Source of the DNA: Bacteroidales bacterium UBA6244
GTDB lineage: Bacteria; Bacteroidota; Bacteroidia; Bacteroidales; F082
Direction of reading: 5' to 3'
NCBI GenBank assembly: GCA_002440885.1
Contig: DJVY01000100.1
Location: forward strand, 23,702-87,701
Length of the DNA: 64,000 nucleotides
Numbering within the stretch: the stretch's first letter is position 1; the number at the start of each line of letters is the position of its first letter. The notes beneath the pieces are model-generated. The model did no database searches. It worked only from the letters and a program-made list of their open reading frames with translations, and had not been told where the DNA came from. The translations under genes and the position numbers were made by a program. Shown one piece after another: positions 1-9,438 of the stretch.

Positions 1-3000
1 ACGGGTAATCCCTGTGGTTGAGGTGGCTTTTTCGCGGTTATACAGCCCGACCCTTAGTTTTTTGTATAAAAATAATACCTGCCCGCTGGTGTTGCTGCTG
101 TCGCCGTTTATCTTCGGGATAAGTAAACGCCCTTCGCCTCCTTGCATGTCTATCCCTACCAGATTCTGCGTAACCGGATTGAGCAACTCAAAAGGAATAG
201 AACCCGTGTGACCGGTGAACCAAAAAGCATCGTTTTTGCTTTTCAACTCCAGAAACAGAAATAACTGTAGGTCGGTTTGTCCCATGATTTTGGCATTTAA
301 AACTACACGTGCTACTGAGTCTGTTTTTAACCTGATCGGGTCGTTGGTGATATTGTATAGGGTAAGGTTGAATTGAGTAAAAAAGATGTAACCCGGATGT
401 GATGCTTTTTCGACTATCTCTTTGTAATGAATCTCTGCATCATGAGTTTTGATCGAGTCGACAAGAAAAATCCTGTTGGTTTCACGCAGCATAGCCTGTG
501 GCATTTTTTTGAAAGCTTTTGGATCCATTGGATAATGTTTGTCGCGATAAAGCCTGGCATCCAGCCCAAAGACATCAATTGATCCAAAATGAATTTGTCC
601 CGTTTCAATCAGTTTCTCTGTTCTCAAATGCTGACAAACAATTTTTTCGCCAAAAAGGTGCAACCTGTCGGTTTGGTACCTGGCTTTTATAAAGAACAAT
701 TCATCTGAATACCGTGGATCAACCGATAACGAATCGATGGTGAGTGTGTTGGTTAAAAAATTATAACTTGCCCTTTTGAGGCTTGTACTGTATAGGCTAT
801 CAGTGGAGATGATGTGATAGCTGCCGGCTTCGACAGCGGCTTCTTCTATGAAGCTAAAATTTTGTGCCGAGATTCCTGCCGAGTCGATTTTTATTTGATT
901 AAAACTGATATCCAAACCAGAGACCGTGGTCTTGGGATGTTGGTTGCTACTATAGGTTTGATTATAGATTAGATTGGAAATCAATACAGTATCGATGTGA
1001 AGTTGTTGCAGCATTCCAGGTAGTTTTATGGGGTCAATCTTTTCATGGCTCTGCTGTTTTGGTGGATCAGACTGTTCGCGAAAAATGCTTAGGTCAGGAT
1101 TGTTCACCTCGATTTTCCGGATAGCCAACGCCGTAGGCCATTGTTTACTTAGATGGAGGCCGGATATACCCAGATCATCGATTTTGAAACTTAGCATGGG
1201 TTCATGTAGCCCCTTACCCTCGTTCGTTCTTTGAATATCTCCGGCAATTCCGGTGATGATTAGTTGGTCTTGGTCGGGCGAGAATTCGAGGTGCTCGATC
1301 TGAAACTTTTCCTGGCTTAGGTGATTTTTGTAGTTGATATCACTCACCTTTAGTTGTAGGTGATTGGCCAGGTTTGATGTATTCGACTGTCCTGTGAAAT
1401 CACTTACTGCAATATCCATTTCGCCAATGTTTATCAACCCTGCTGAGGAAGAATCCCGGTGTGCGATTTGCAATTGCATTTTCTCGAGTTGAATTTCCCT
1501 AAAAGCAAAAGGAAGTCGGGTCAGATCTGTTTTTTGTCTAGCTTCATTTTTAGGAGTTTCAAGTTTCAACGGTTGGGTAGAAATGTCGACGCTCAGGGTT
1601 GGGTGGCTGACTTTTAGTGTCCCGAATTCGAGCTGGTTTTCAAGAATTAACTGCCTATAATTTAGTGAATTGATATTCAGTTCGTCAAAATTGAGCTTGT
1701 TTATATTGAACTTGCTGCTTTTAAACCCCGCTTCTTCAATTGCAAGGTTTTTAATGGTAAAGCTACTGTCAGCTTTCACAAGTCTTACTCTCATAGCCTG
1801 CACGTTTCCGGATCGGTGAGCGATGTGAGCATCTATCAAAGTAATAGCCCAATCAAGCGCTGATATCCGGTTTTTGTTCATTTCGTTGGTGAGCGTATAG
1901 CCCGAAGTGGTTAAATCAATTCTTGAATTGAGGCAGATGGTGTCGGTTGTTGCGAGAAGCGAGGCTTTTACTGAGCCATCTACTATCCTTAGCCCATCGA
2001 AGCTGAGGAGGGTTTTCTCATTAAATGGAACCGGATCGGTATGCGTTTTATTCTCACTTTCTCTCAGGTCGATGTTTCCTGAAAATTTGGGGTGGTAAAG
2101 GGTGATAATTCCGAAGTTGGGATGATCCTGATTGAGCAGATTGGTCAGGTTGGGATTGCGTATTTCAAGTTGCGGTATATGGAGGTTGGTATTTTTATTG
2201 TTGTCTATTTCAATATGTTGTATTGTGGCTAGGTTGTTGGTAATCTCTGCATGTTGCCAATTATAGGTCTGTTTGTCTTTTCGGTTTTTTATCTGAACTT
2301 TATCGGTGGTGATACGCAAATCACTCATTATCAAATCTGAGATCAGCGATGCGGTGGTGGGGTTGTTGTTAATAAGCGAGACATTTATGTTGTTGGTAGT
2401 GGATTCAAATTGATTCGTTTTCTCATAAAATACAGTGCCATTCGTGATGTTCAGTGTCTTGATGGTGAGGTTATCAGGCATTTTTATGGTGTGCTCCCGG
2501 GTTGTCGAACTTTCAGTACTTGCATCCTGTACATAACGCAGGTGTGGTTTCGCAATCTCCAAGTGCAGCGACATTGGCTGATCAGCATGCATTTTTGACA
2601 TAATCAGCCCTACAATAGCCAATGTATCTATCTCAATCTGTGTGGCTAACCTTTTCTTATCCGAAGAATCTTTAAATGACAGGTTTATTATTTTGAGTTC
2701 GCCTGAATGGTCTGTAAAAGTACTCGAGTTGAAATGCGCCTTTAATCCTTTATCCGAAAGGTGGAGAAGCGTTTCTCCCATGTTCCAGTTCAGGTGTTGA
2801 AGGGTAATTTTTTTCGGGTCTGAGACAAAACCCGAATCAGCAAACAGTTCTTGTAACTCGATGTTTCTTATATCGATACTGAAAATCGTGTCGTGGTTAA
2901 TCGTTTTTAAAACAAAATCAAAGTCGCTTATTTGCATCGTGTCAATCACGAGCGTCTTCACCTGTTGAAGCAGCAGGGAAGTTGGGTTTGTTTTTTGTTG

Positions 3001-3912
3001 TGGCGCACTGTCCTTTTTTGTCACTACCAAATGTCCGCTGTTCAGTTTTATGGCGCGAAATCCAACTATTGCCCGGGCATCGTTATTAGTAGGCCAAAGC
3101 AAGTCAACTTCCGCCTGTTTAATATATCCATTAATGGCGTTGAGATGTTGATTGTCGCCATGAGCCAGAAAGGTCATTCCATAAAAGCTAAGCCCCGACG
3201 TGGTTGAGGAGAGCCGTAAGGAGTCGATTCGTATTTCTTCGCCTGATGGATTATTATGGATTACATTTCTTAATGCAATATCTGCTGTTTTGGAGAAAAG
3301 GAACCGGGAAGTGTCGGAGAAAAGTGCTTCGTGGGTATTAAAGTCGCGCAAGGTTATTTGATAGTCAAATTTCCATTCTGAGTTGGTGTCGTTCGTAAAT
3401 TGCTCCAGATCAACATGTCCACCTTCGATGATGAGGCATTCGATTTTACCCGGATGCCGGCTTTTTGATTCACCTTTCGTGCTAAATATAGCTGACAGAT
3501 CGACTGGATGGATTTTGGTAGCGTTGTTCTTTTCTTCTGAATTAAACTGAGCCAAAGGATTTTTTACAAGTAACATATTGGCCTGTAATTCCCGAAAAAC
3601 CGCCAGATGCCATACAGAAATGTCTTTAAGGTAAATTTCCTTAAATGACACACTTTTTATCTGAAGATTCTTTGCGGTGTCCAGCTCAAGGTTGTCGAAG
3701 TGAAGGGATAAATTTTTCAGAGTCAGGTCGGATGAAAACGGATGAAAAACAATGTCCTCCACATCCATCGAGAGGTAGGTGTGATGAGTTCGCGAAAGGG
3801 TGAGATGCAGGCTGTGACGGATTATTTCGTGACGTAGCGTAATAAGTGAACCGATGATGAGCAGGATCAGAACCATCGAAATCAAAATCACTTTAAGGCA
3901 CTTTTTTTTCAT
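1..3912 (-). CDS. AsmA/TamB-like giant envelope protein, partial (3' end lies beyond the left window edge; at least 1304 codons here)
   Basis: Absent from the ORF track because it runs off the edge. Hand translation of the minus strand from ATG 3912-3910 gives MKKKCLKVILISMVLILLIIGSLITLRHEI... (one N-terminal TM anchor) and stayed open for the ~330 codons I translated. Plus-strand frame-1 triplets of 1-480 contain no TTA/CTA/TCA, so the same frame is open at the left edge. The ATG overlaps the upstream stop (ATGA). The family call rests only on size, N-terminal anchor and beta-rich body. Confidence 0.55.
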   Translation of the reverse strand, partial: MKKKCLKVILISMVLILLIIGSLITLRHEIIRHSLHLTLSRTHHTYLSMDVEDIVFHPFSSDLTLKNLSLHFDNLELDTAKNLQIKSVSFKEIYLKDISVWHLAVFRELQANMLLVKNPLAQFNSEEKNNATKIHPVDLSAIFSTKGESKSRHPGKIECLIIEGGHVDLEQFTNDTNSEWKFDYQITLRDFNTHEALFSDTSRFLFSKTADIALRNVIHNNPSGEEIRIDSLRLSSTTSGLSFYGMTFLAHGDNQHLNAINGYIKQAEVDLLWPTNNDARAIVGFRAIKLNSGHLVVTKKDSAPQQKTNPTSLLLQQVKTLVIDTMQISDFDFVLKTINHDTIFSIDIRNIELQELFADSGFVSDPKKITLQHLNWNMGETLLHLSDKGLKAHFNSSTFTDHSGELKIINLSFKDSSDKKRLATQIEIDTLAIVGLIMSKMHADQPMSLHLEIAKPHLRYVQDASTESSTTREHTIKMPDNLTIKTLNITNGTVFYEKTNQFESTTNNINVSLINNNPTTASLISDLIMSDLRITTDKVQIKNRKDKQTYNWQHAEITNNLATIQHIEIDNNKNTNLHIPQLEIRNPNLTNLLNQDHPNFGIITLYHPKFSGNIDLRESENKTHTDPVPFNEKTLLSFDGLRIVDGSVKASLLATTDTICLNSRIDLTTSGYTLTNEMNKNRISALDWAITLIDAHIAHRSGNVQAMRVRLVKADSSFTIKNLAIEEAGFKSSKFNINKLNFDELNINSLNYRQLILENQLEFGTLKVSHPTLSVDISTQPLKLETPKNEARQKTDLTRLPFAFREIQLEKMQLQIAHRDSSSAGLINIGEMDIAVSDFTGQSNTSNLANHLQLKVSDINYKNHLSQEKFQIEHLEFSPDQDQLIITGIAGDIQRTNEGKGLHEPMLSFKIDDLGISGLHLSKQWPTALAIRKIEVNNPDLSIFREQSDPPKQQSHEKIDPIKLPGMLQQLHIDTVLISNLIYNQTYSSNQHPKTTVSGLDISFNQIKIDSAGISAQNFSFIEEAAVEAGSYHIISTDSLYSTSLKRASYNFLTNTLTIDSLSVDPRYSDELFFIKARYQTDRLHLFGEKIVCQHLRTEKLIETGQIHFGSIDVFGLDARLYRDKHYPMDPKAFKKMPQAMLRETNRIFLVDSIKTHDAEIHYKEIVEKASHPGYIFFTQFNLTLYNITNDPIRLKTDSVARVVLNAKIMGQTDLQLFLFLELKSKNDAFWFTGHTGSIPFELLNPVTQNLVGIDMQGGEGRLLIPKINGDSSNTSGQVLFLYKKLRVGLYNREKATSTTGITR

Positions 3913-4937
3913 TTTCCGTTTTTTAGGTCTATGTATACAGGCAGGTGATCGGCAAAGCCACCGTGATAGGTGAACCCGATATTTGTTCGGTAAGGTTGAT
4001 AACCGCCAAATTTTTTATCTTTCTCCAGGATAAAGGATTCGGAGAATATAACCCCCTTGCCCTCAACAACAGAAAGTTTTCCGCTTTCTTCCAGAAGGTT
4101 TTTCGTCACCAGCATTTGATCGAACACCGACCAATGTCCCTGGTATTTCAATGTGCCCAATACGTTTTTGTTCGTTGCCTTCATCGGCAGATTTATAAAC
4201 GTACACGCGTGACCCGGTTCAACCAGCAGCTGCATACTCTCATCTGCAGGGCTATCGTTGAAATCGCCGGTTAGTATAATATGTGCTTCAGGATTTCTGG
4301 TGCATATGGAGTCTGTAACCCTGAGTAGTTGCCTGGCTTGTAGAATTCGTTTTGGTAAGGATTCAAGTAGTCCCCTATAGCGTGAAGTCCAATGGTTTAC
4401 AATAAAGTGCAGGGTGTCGCCTTTGAGCAAACCTTTGGCGTAAACCATATCGCGTGTTTTAAATGTGCTATCGTCCGGATCGGTTACACTGATACGCTGA
4501 GCGTGGAGCAAGGTAAAAGCAGGTGAATATAAAATAGCCGCATCAATGCCTCTGAAGTCGGGCGAGTCGTAATGGATAATTTTGTAACCATGCTTATTTA
4601 AAGGTGTTTGGTTGATCAGTTGTTCGAGCACCCGGCGGTTTTCTACTTCTGCCATTCCAATAATGGCCGGGGGCGACCACCCGCCGACAGCCGTAATAAC
4701 CTTGTAAAGTGCGTTGCGTTTGGCCACAACTTTTATTGGTGTCCAGTGTAAATCGCCTCCGGGGGTGAATTCATTGTAAGTGCGTGTGGTATCGGTGTCT
4801 GCGTCGAAAAAATTTTCGACGTTATAAAACATGATTCGGTAGGAGGGAGATGGGGATGAAGCATTGTCCACCGACTGCGCAGACAGTTCAGGATGGCACA
4901 GAAAAAAAAATATCAACCAGGTTATCGTTCGCTTCAT
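3909..4937 (-). CDS. secreted endonuclease/exonuclease/phosphatase (EEP, DNase I-like fold) family protein
   Basis: 342-aa ORF with ATG start. Signal peptide MKRTITWLIFFFLCHPELSAQ. N-terminal YRIMFYNVENFFD, central ILTGDFND and C-terminal FADHLPV blocks are typical of the EEP fold. Confidence 0.75.
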   Translation of the reverse strand: MKRTITWLIFFFLCHPELSAQSVDNASSPSPSYRIMFYNVENFFDADTDTTRTYNEFTPGGDLHWTPIKVVAKRNALYKVITAVGGWSPPAIIGMAEVENRRVLEQLINQTPLNKHGYKIIHYDSPDFRGIDAAILYSPAFTLLHAQRISVTDPDDSTFKTRDMVYAKGLLKGDTLHFIVNHWTSRYRGLLESLPKRILQARQLLRVTDSICTRNPEAHIILTGDFNDSPADESMQLLVEPGHACTFINLPMKATNKNVLGTLKYQGHWSVFDQMLVTKNLLEESGKLSVVEGKGVIFSESFILEKDKKFGGYQPYRTNIGFTYHGGFADHLPVYIDLKNGK

Positions 4938-5167
4938 CTTTTTTTTACAAGTTTACAAAAAAAATATCACTCGGTTTGACCATGGAATCAGAGATCACGA
5001 AAATTTTATTTGGAAATATTTCAATTTTTATTTATTTGCAAAATCACAGTTGATCAGCAAGTTATGTCTTTAGGGAAAAAAAAGTTTAAAATTGTTGAAA
5101 AATAATTTAGAAAAATGGTAGAATTTCTCATTCAAACTGCACACTATATAAATGAAGGGACCGATAA

Positions 5168-5749
5168 ATGAGAACGGAAAAGATAATAAAAGGAGTACTT
5201 GAAAGCGACCGGAAGGTGCTCGGGTACGTTTATAAGAAAAATTTTAGAATGATAGAATCATTTGTTGTGGCTAATCTGGGGACTACTGAAGATGCCTGGG
5301 ATATTTTTCAGGAGGCAATGATCATTCTTTTGCAAAAGCTGAGAGAAAATCCGGAAGTCATCCATTCAAGTTTTTCAGGCTATCTGTACGGAATTGGAAA
5401 ATATATCTGGTATAGTAGGATGCGCCAGATGTACAATGAGGATGGGTTAGGAGTTGAGTGGGATGAGGATTTTCTGGCGAAACATGAGTATGTTCAAATT
5501 GTAAACGAGATAGAAGTTGTGGCGAGTCGGGAGGAGCGTGAGCGAGTGTTTCAGGAGGCTTACCTAAGTTTAAAAACAGATTGCCGAAGAATAATTGAAA
5601 TGATAATCAATGGATGCGACATAAAAGAAATTACCGAATTTATGAACTATGCTTCAATAAAGTATGCCTTCAGAAAACGACAGCAATGCAGGGAAAGGTT
5701 ATTGGAGACAATAAAATCAGAATTAATAACTAAATATCAAAAGCAATGA
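5168..5749 (+). CDS. ECF-type sigma-70 family RNA polymerase sigma factor
   Basis: 193 aa. Region-2-like DAWDIFQEAMIILLQKL...YLYGIGKYIWYSRMRQ and region-4 HTH-like DIKEITEFMNYASIKYAFRKRQQCRERL. The stop overlaps the next ATG (ATGA at 5746-5749). Confidence 0.7.
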   Translation: MRTEKIIKGVLESDRKVLGYVYKKNFRMIESFVVANLGTTEDAWDIFQEAMIILLQKLRENPEVIHSSFSGYLYGIGKYIWYSRMRQMYNEDGLGVEWDEDFLAKHEYVQIVNEIEVVASREERERVFQEAYLSLKTDCRRIIEMIINGCDIKEITEFMNYASIKYAFRKRQQCRERLLETIKSELITKYQKQ

Positions 5750-6486
5750 AAGAACTCAACAAGGACAATCAGATTGACCGTTATGTTACAGGTAAGCTGG
5801 AGGATGCGGAGCTATGGGAATTTCAACATGAAATGGAAAACGACCCAAAACTAGCGGAGGAAGTAAAGCTGCGTGCCGAAATCTATCGCTCGCTAGCCGA
5901 TACGCAAAAGATTAAATTACGCGAGAACCTTAAGGCATTAAAAAAGGAGAACAAGTCAGGCTTGCGTTTCCTGCAATCGTGGAAAGTTCGTGCCATAGCC
6001 GCAAGCATAGCCGTTTTGCTGCTTGTTGGAGCCGGACTCACTACTTCCATATTCAGGACTACAGATAACCAGGATCTTTATGCAGCCTACTTCAATCCTG
6101 AATCTTCACTGCTCTCAGTTCGTTCAGGAAGTGCAAGCGACAATACCTCGCTGAATCTTGGAATGCTTTCCTACGACCAGGGACAGTACGACGAAAGTAT
6201 CGAAATTTTTAAATCCATCCCCGACAACATTGTAGCACGGTTGTACTGCGGATTGGCTTATATGAACGTGAAAAACTACGAAGCAGCAATTGATGAGTTT
6301 AACCATGTGCTATCACATGGCGACAACTTGTTTACCGACCAGGCGGAGTGGAATATCGGGCTCAGTTACTTGGCAGACAACAAAATTGATGAAGCGAAAA
6401 AAACCTTTGCAAGCATAGCGGGTGAAAAAGGTGCTTACCAACAAAAGGCATCTGATTTACTCAAAGAGTTGAAAAACAGGCATTGA
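5746..6486 (+). CDS. membrane-anchored anti-sigma-like protein with C-terminal TPR-like domain
   Basis: 246 aa, translationally coupled to the sigma gene. Short cytoplasmic N-terminus (YVTGKLEDAELWEFQHEMENDP), one TM helix (AIAASIAVLLLVGAGLTTSIF), then TPR-like repeats (YDQGQYDESIEIFK.., NVKNYEAAIDEFN.., ADNKIDEAKKTF..). The role is inferred from position and topology. Confidence 0.5.
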   Translation: MKELNKDNQIDRYVTGKLEDAELWEFQHEMENDPKLAEEVKLRAEIYRSLADTQKIKLRENLKALKKENKSGLRFLQSWKVRAIAASIAVLLLVGAGLTTSIFRTTDNQDLYAAYFNPESSLLSVRSGSASDNTSLNLGMLSYDQGQYDESIEIFKSIPDNIVARLYCGLAYMNVKNYEAAIDEFNHVLSHGDNLFTDQAEWNIGLSYLADNKIDEAKKTFASIAGEKGAYQQKASDLLKELKNRH

Positions 6487-6511
6487 CCTTCTTACGCAAG
6501 CATATGGGCTG

Positions 6512-6546
6512 GGGGATCGGAAACGACAGTTTCTGATCCCCTTTTT
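6512..6546 (+). terminator. rho-independent terminator after the sigma/anti-sigma pair
   Basis: GGGGATCGGAAAC-gaca-GTTTCTGATCCCC (13-bp stem with one G-U pair) followed by TTTTT, 26 nt after the stop. Confidence 0.8.
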
Positions 6547-6573
6547 GGTTGGTGGTGGATCGATAAATCTTCC

Positions 6574-6581
6574 TATTTTTG
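6574..6581 (+). promoter_or_regulatory. Bacteroidota-type -7 promoter box (TAnnTTTG) for valS
   Basis: TATTTTTG is a perfect match; it ends 27 nt upstream of ATG 6608. Confidence 0.45.
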
Positions 6582-6607
6582 CCGCTTAATAAGAAATACA
6601 ACTAATC

Positions 6608-9241
6608 ATGGAGATGCCCAGCAAATACAATCCGGCGACTACTGAAGATCGGTGGTATCAGCATTGGATGCGTAAAAAGTACTTTCATTCTGAACCTGAC
6701 AATCGAGAACCTTTTACTATCGTCATCCCTCCTCCAAATGTTACCGGCGTGTTGCATATGGGCCACATGCTCAACAATACCATTCAGGATGTGCTGATTC
6801 GTCGCGCGCGTATGTCGGGCAAGAATGCCTGCTGGGTTCCCGGAACCGATCATGCATCAATCGCTACCGAGGCCAAAGTGGTGAATAAACTTAAAGCTCA
6901 GGGGATTGATAAATCGAAACTTACCCGCGAAGAGTTTATGACCCATGCCTGGGAGTGGAAAGAAAAACATGGCGGCATTATTCTGGAACAGCTTAAAAAG
7001 CTTGGGGCAAGCTGCGATTGGGATAGGACTGCTTTCACAATGGATGAATCACTCTACGAGTCTGTTATTGATGTGTTTATCGATCTGTATAACAAAGGGC
7101 TGATATACCGTGGCGTGAGGATGGTTAACTGGGATCCGGGTGCAAAAACTGCTGTTTCCGATGAGGAGGTAATCTACAAAGAGGTTAAGTCCAAGCTCTA
7201 TTACCTGCGCTACAAGCTTGAAAATGAAGATGATTATATTCAGATTGCGACCACACGCCCGGAAACTATCCTGGGAGATACCGGTGTATGCGTTCACCCT
7301 GAAGATGAACGCTACTTTAAATATCATGGTAAAAAAGTGATAGTGCCTTTGATTAACCGTGCTGTGCCAGTTATTCTGGATGAGTATGTCGACCGCGAAT
7401 TTGGAACGGGAGCGCTGAAAGTTACTCCATCGCATGACATCAATGACTACGAGTTGGGTATTAAGCACAAACTTGAAGCCATCGATATTTTCAATGACGA
7501 TGGTACTTTGCATCCCAGAGCGGAATTGTACGTTGGGATGGATCGGTTCGAGGTGCGGAAAGTCATTGTGGTAGACTTGGAGAAATCAGGTAACCTGGTA
7601 AAAACTGAAGATTATATAAACAAGGTTGGGTACTCTGAGCGAACAGATGAAGTAATCGAGCCTAAATTGTCGTTGCAGTGGTTTTTGAAAATGAGCGAGT
7701 TGGCTAAACCCGCCCTCGAGGTGGTGATGTCGGATGAAATCACTTTCTATCCTGCAAAATTTAAAAATACCTACCGCCATTGGATGGAGAACGTACGCGA
7801 CTGGAACATAAGCAGGCAGCTCTGGTGGGGTCAGCAGATTCCGGTTTATTACCTGAAGAATGGCGAAATGGTAGTGGCCAAATCAGCGGAGGAAGCTCTG
7901 CAAAAAGCACGGACTGAATTCAACCGACCCGATCTACAACCAGACGATTTGAAACAGGATGAAGATGTTATGGACACCTGGTTCTCGTCATGGCTTTGGC
8001 CAATAAGCGTTTTTGATGGGATAAGAAACCCGGATAACGATGAAATAAAATATTACTATCCTACCAACGATCTGATCACCGCTCCCGACATCATTTTCTT
8101 TTGGGTAGCACGTATGATCATGGCCGGATTAGAATACCGACAGCAAATTCCTTTCTCAAGTGTGTATTTCACTGGCATTGTCCGCGATAAAATCGGACGG
8201 AAAATGTCGAAAACACTTGGTAACTCTCCTGATCCTCTTGATTTAATAGCTGAGTTCGGTGCTGATAGTGTTCGCGTAGGCATGTTGCTTACTGCGCCTG
8301 CCGGCAACGACCTTCCCTTCGATCCCTCTCTCATCGAACAAGGGCGGAATTTTAGCAACAAAATATGGAATGCGCTGCGTTTGATCAAAGGATGGGAGAT
8401 CGATCCCACCCTTTCGGCTACCGAGAATAACAGGTTAGGCATACTCTGGTTTGAAAATCGATTGAACAAAGAATTGGCCACCATCGAAGATCATTTTACC
8501 AAATACAGAATTTCGGATGCGCTGATGGCAACCTATAAGCTTATTTGGGATGATTTCTGTAGCTGGTATCTCGAAATCGTAAAGCCTGCCTACCAACAAC
8601 CTATTGATGTACAAACGCTGGAAGCTACGATCGGTTTTTTTGAAAAGCTGATGAAGATGCTCCATCCTTTTATGCCTTTTATCACTGAGGAGGTATGGCA
8701 TTTGCTACGCGATCGACAGGAGAACGACGACATCATTGTTGCTGAAATGCCTCGTTCGCAAAGCTTTGACGATAGTCTGCATGTTGCTTTTGGCCGTGCT
8801 GAACAAATTCTGGGGGGAGTTAGGGCCATACGTAAAGAAAAAAACATTCCTCAAAAAGATCCTGTTACTTTAATGGTGCAGCACGGCGAGGAGTCGGCCT
8901 GTCGTTTTTATCCGGTGGTGGCCAAACTTGGTAATGTTGATCAGATTGTGTTTGTGGATCAAAAGCCCGAGGCCTGTGTGAGCTTTATTGTAGGAGCACA
9001 AGAGTTTTATATTCCGCTTTTAGTAGAATTAAACGTAGAAGAAGAAATGGCCAAGCTCGAAGAAGAGCTGAAATATACCCGTGGTTTTTTGAAATCGGTG
9101 ATGGCTAAATTGTCGAATGAGCGTTTTGTGAACAGCGCTCCGGCTGCTGTTGTTGAAAAGGAACGACAGAAACAAGCCGATGCCGAAGCCAGACAATCAG
9201 TTATCGAGGATCAGTTGTCTGAATTGAGAAAAGTTAAGTAA
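6608..9241 (+). CDS. valS: valine--tRNA ligase
   Basis: 877 aa. Class-I HIGH motif ([13 protein letters not shown]), KMSKS motif (KMSKTLGN), ValRS-like editing insertion and C-terminal coiled coil. Confidence 0.95.
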   Translation: MEMPSKYNPATTEDRWYQHWMRKKYFHSEPDNREPFTIVIPPPNVTGVLHMGHMLNNTIQDVLIRRARMSGKNACWVPGTDHASIATEAKVVNKLKAQGIDKSKLTREEFMTHAWEWKEKHGGIILEQLKKLGASCDWDRTAFTMDESLYESVIDVFIDLYNKGLIYRGVRMVNWDPGAKTAVSDEEVIYKEVKSKLYYLRYKLENEDDYIQIATTRPETILGDTGVCVHPEDERYFKYHGKKVIVPLINRAVPVILDEYVDREFGTGALKVTPSHDINDYELGIKHKLEAIDIFNDDGTLHPRAELYVGMDRFEVRKVIVVDLEKSGNLVKTEDYINKVGYSERTDEVIEPKLSLQWFLKMSELAKPALEVVMSDEITFYPAKFKNTYRHWMENVRDWNISRQLWWGQQIPVYYLKNGEMVVAKSAEEALQKARTEFNRPDLQPDDLKQDEDVMDTWFSSWLWPISVFDGIRNPDNDEIKYYYPTNDLITAPDIIFFWVARMIMAGLEYRQQIPFSSVYFTGIVRDKIGRKMSKTLGNSPDPLDLIAEFGADSVRVGMLLTAPAGNDLPFDPSLIEQGRNFSNKIWNALRLIKGWEIDPTLSATENNRLGILWFENRLNKELATIEDHFTKYRISDALMATYKLIWDDFCSWYLEIVKPAYQQPIDVQTLEATIGFFEKLMKMLHPFMPFITEEVWHLLRDRQENDDIIVAEMPRSQSFDDSLHVAFGRAEQILGGVRAIRKEKNIPQKDPVTLMVQHGEESACRFYPVVAKLGNVDQIVFVDQKPEACVSFIVGAQEFYIPLLVELNVEEEMAKLEEELKYTRGFLKSVMAKLSNERFVNSAPAAVVEKERQKQADAEARQSVIEDQLSELRKVK

Positions 9242-9438
9242 CCAAATCGCAACGGCGCATTAACTGATGCGACCTATAGTCTTTATTCAAATCAGATGGA
9301 TTCGGATTTATTAACAAAAAGAAATGGCATCCCACACAGGAACCTATAAAATGTGTTAAAAATGGAACTTACCTTTTTTAATATAAGTCAGGTTTTACTA
9401 CTTTCGCACACATTAACTCATGATAAAGAGCGCCTCGC

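Noticed and set aside
14-3207. Seven short ORFs in the track (14-211, 414-608, 1028-1234, 1907-2098, 2410-2598, 2932-3207, all 62-91 aa) in a region with no long listed ORF.
   Set aside because: The region is not empty. It is filled by one giant minus-strand ORF (1-3912) that the track omits because it runs off the window. The short ORFs are out of frame or antisense to it and have no motifs.
3902-4910. Homopolymer tracts (T8 at 3902-3909 at the EEP/AsmA-like junction; A9 at 4902-4910 in the EEP signal-peptide codons; similar A8 runs in ftsB-like and fructokinase genes) as possible phase-variation switches.
   Set aside because: They encode Lys or Phe runs in an AT-rich codon background, are in frame, and are no longer than tracts seen in several housekeeping genes here. 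A single sequence gives no evidence of length variation.
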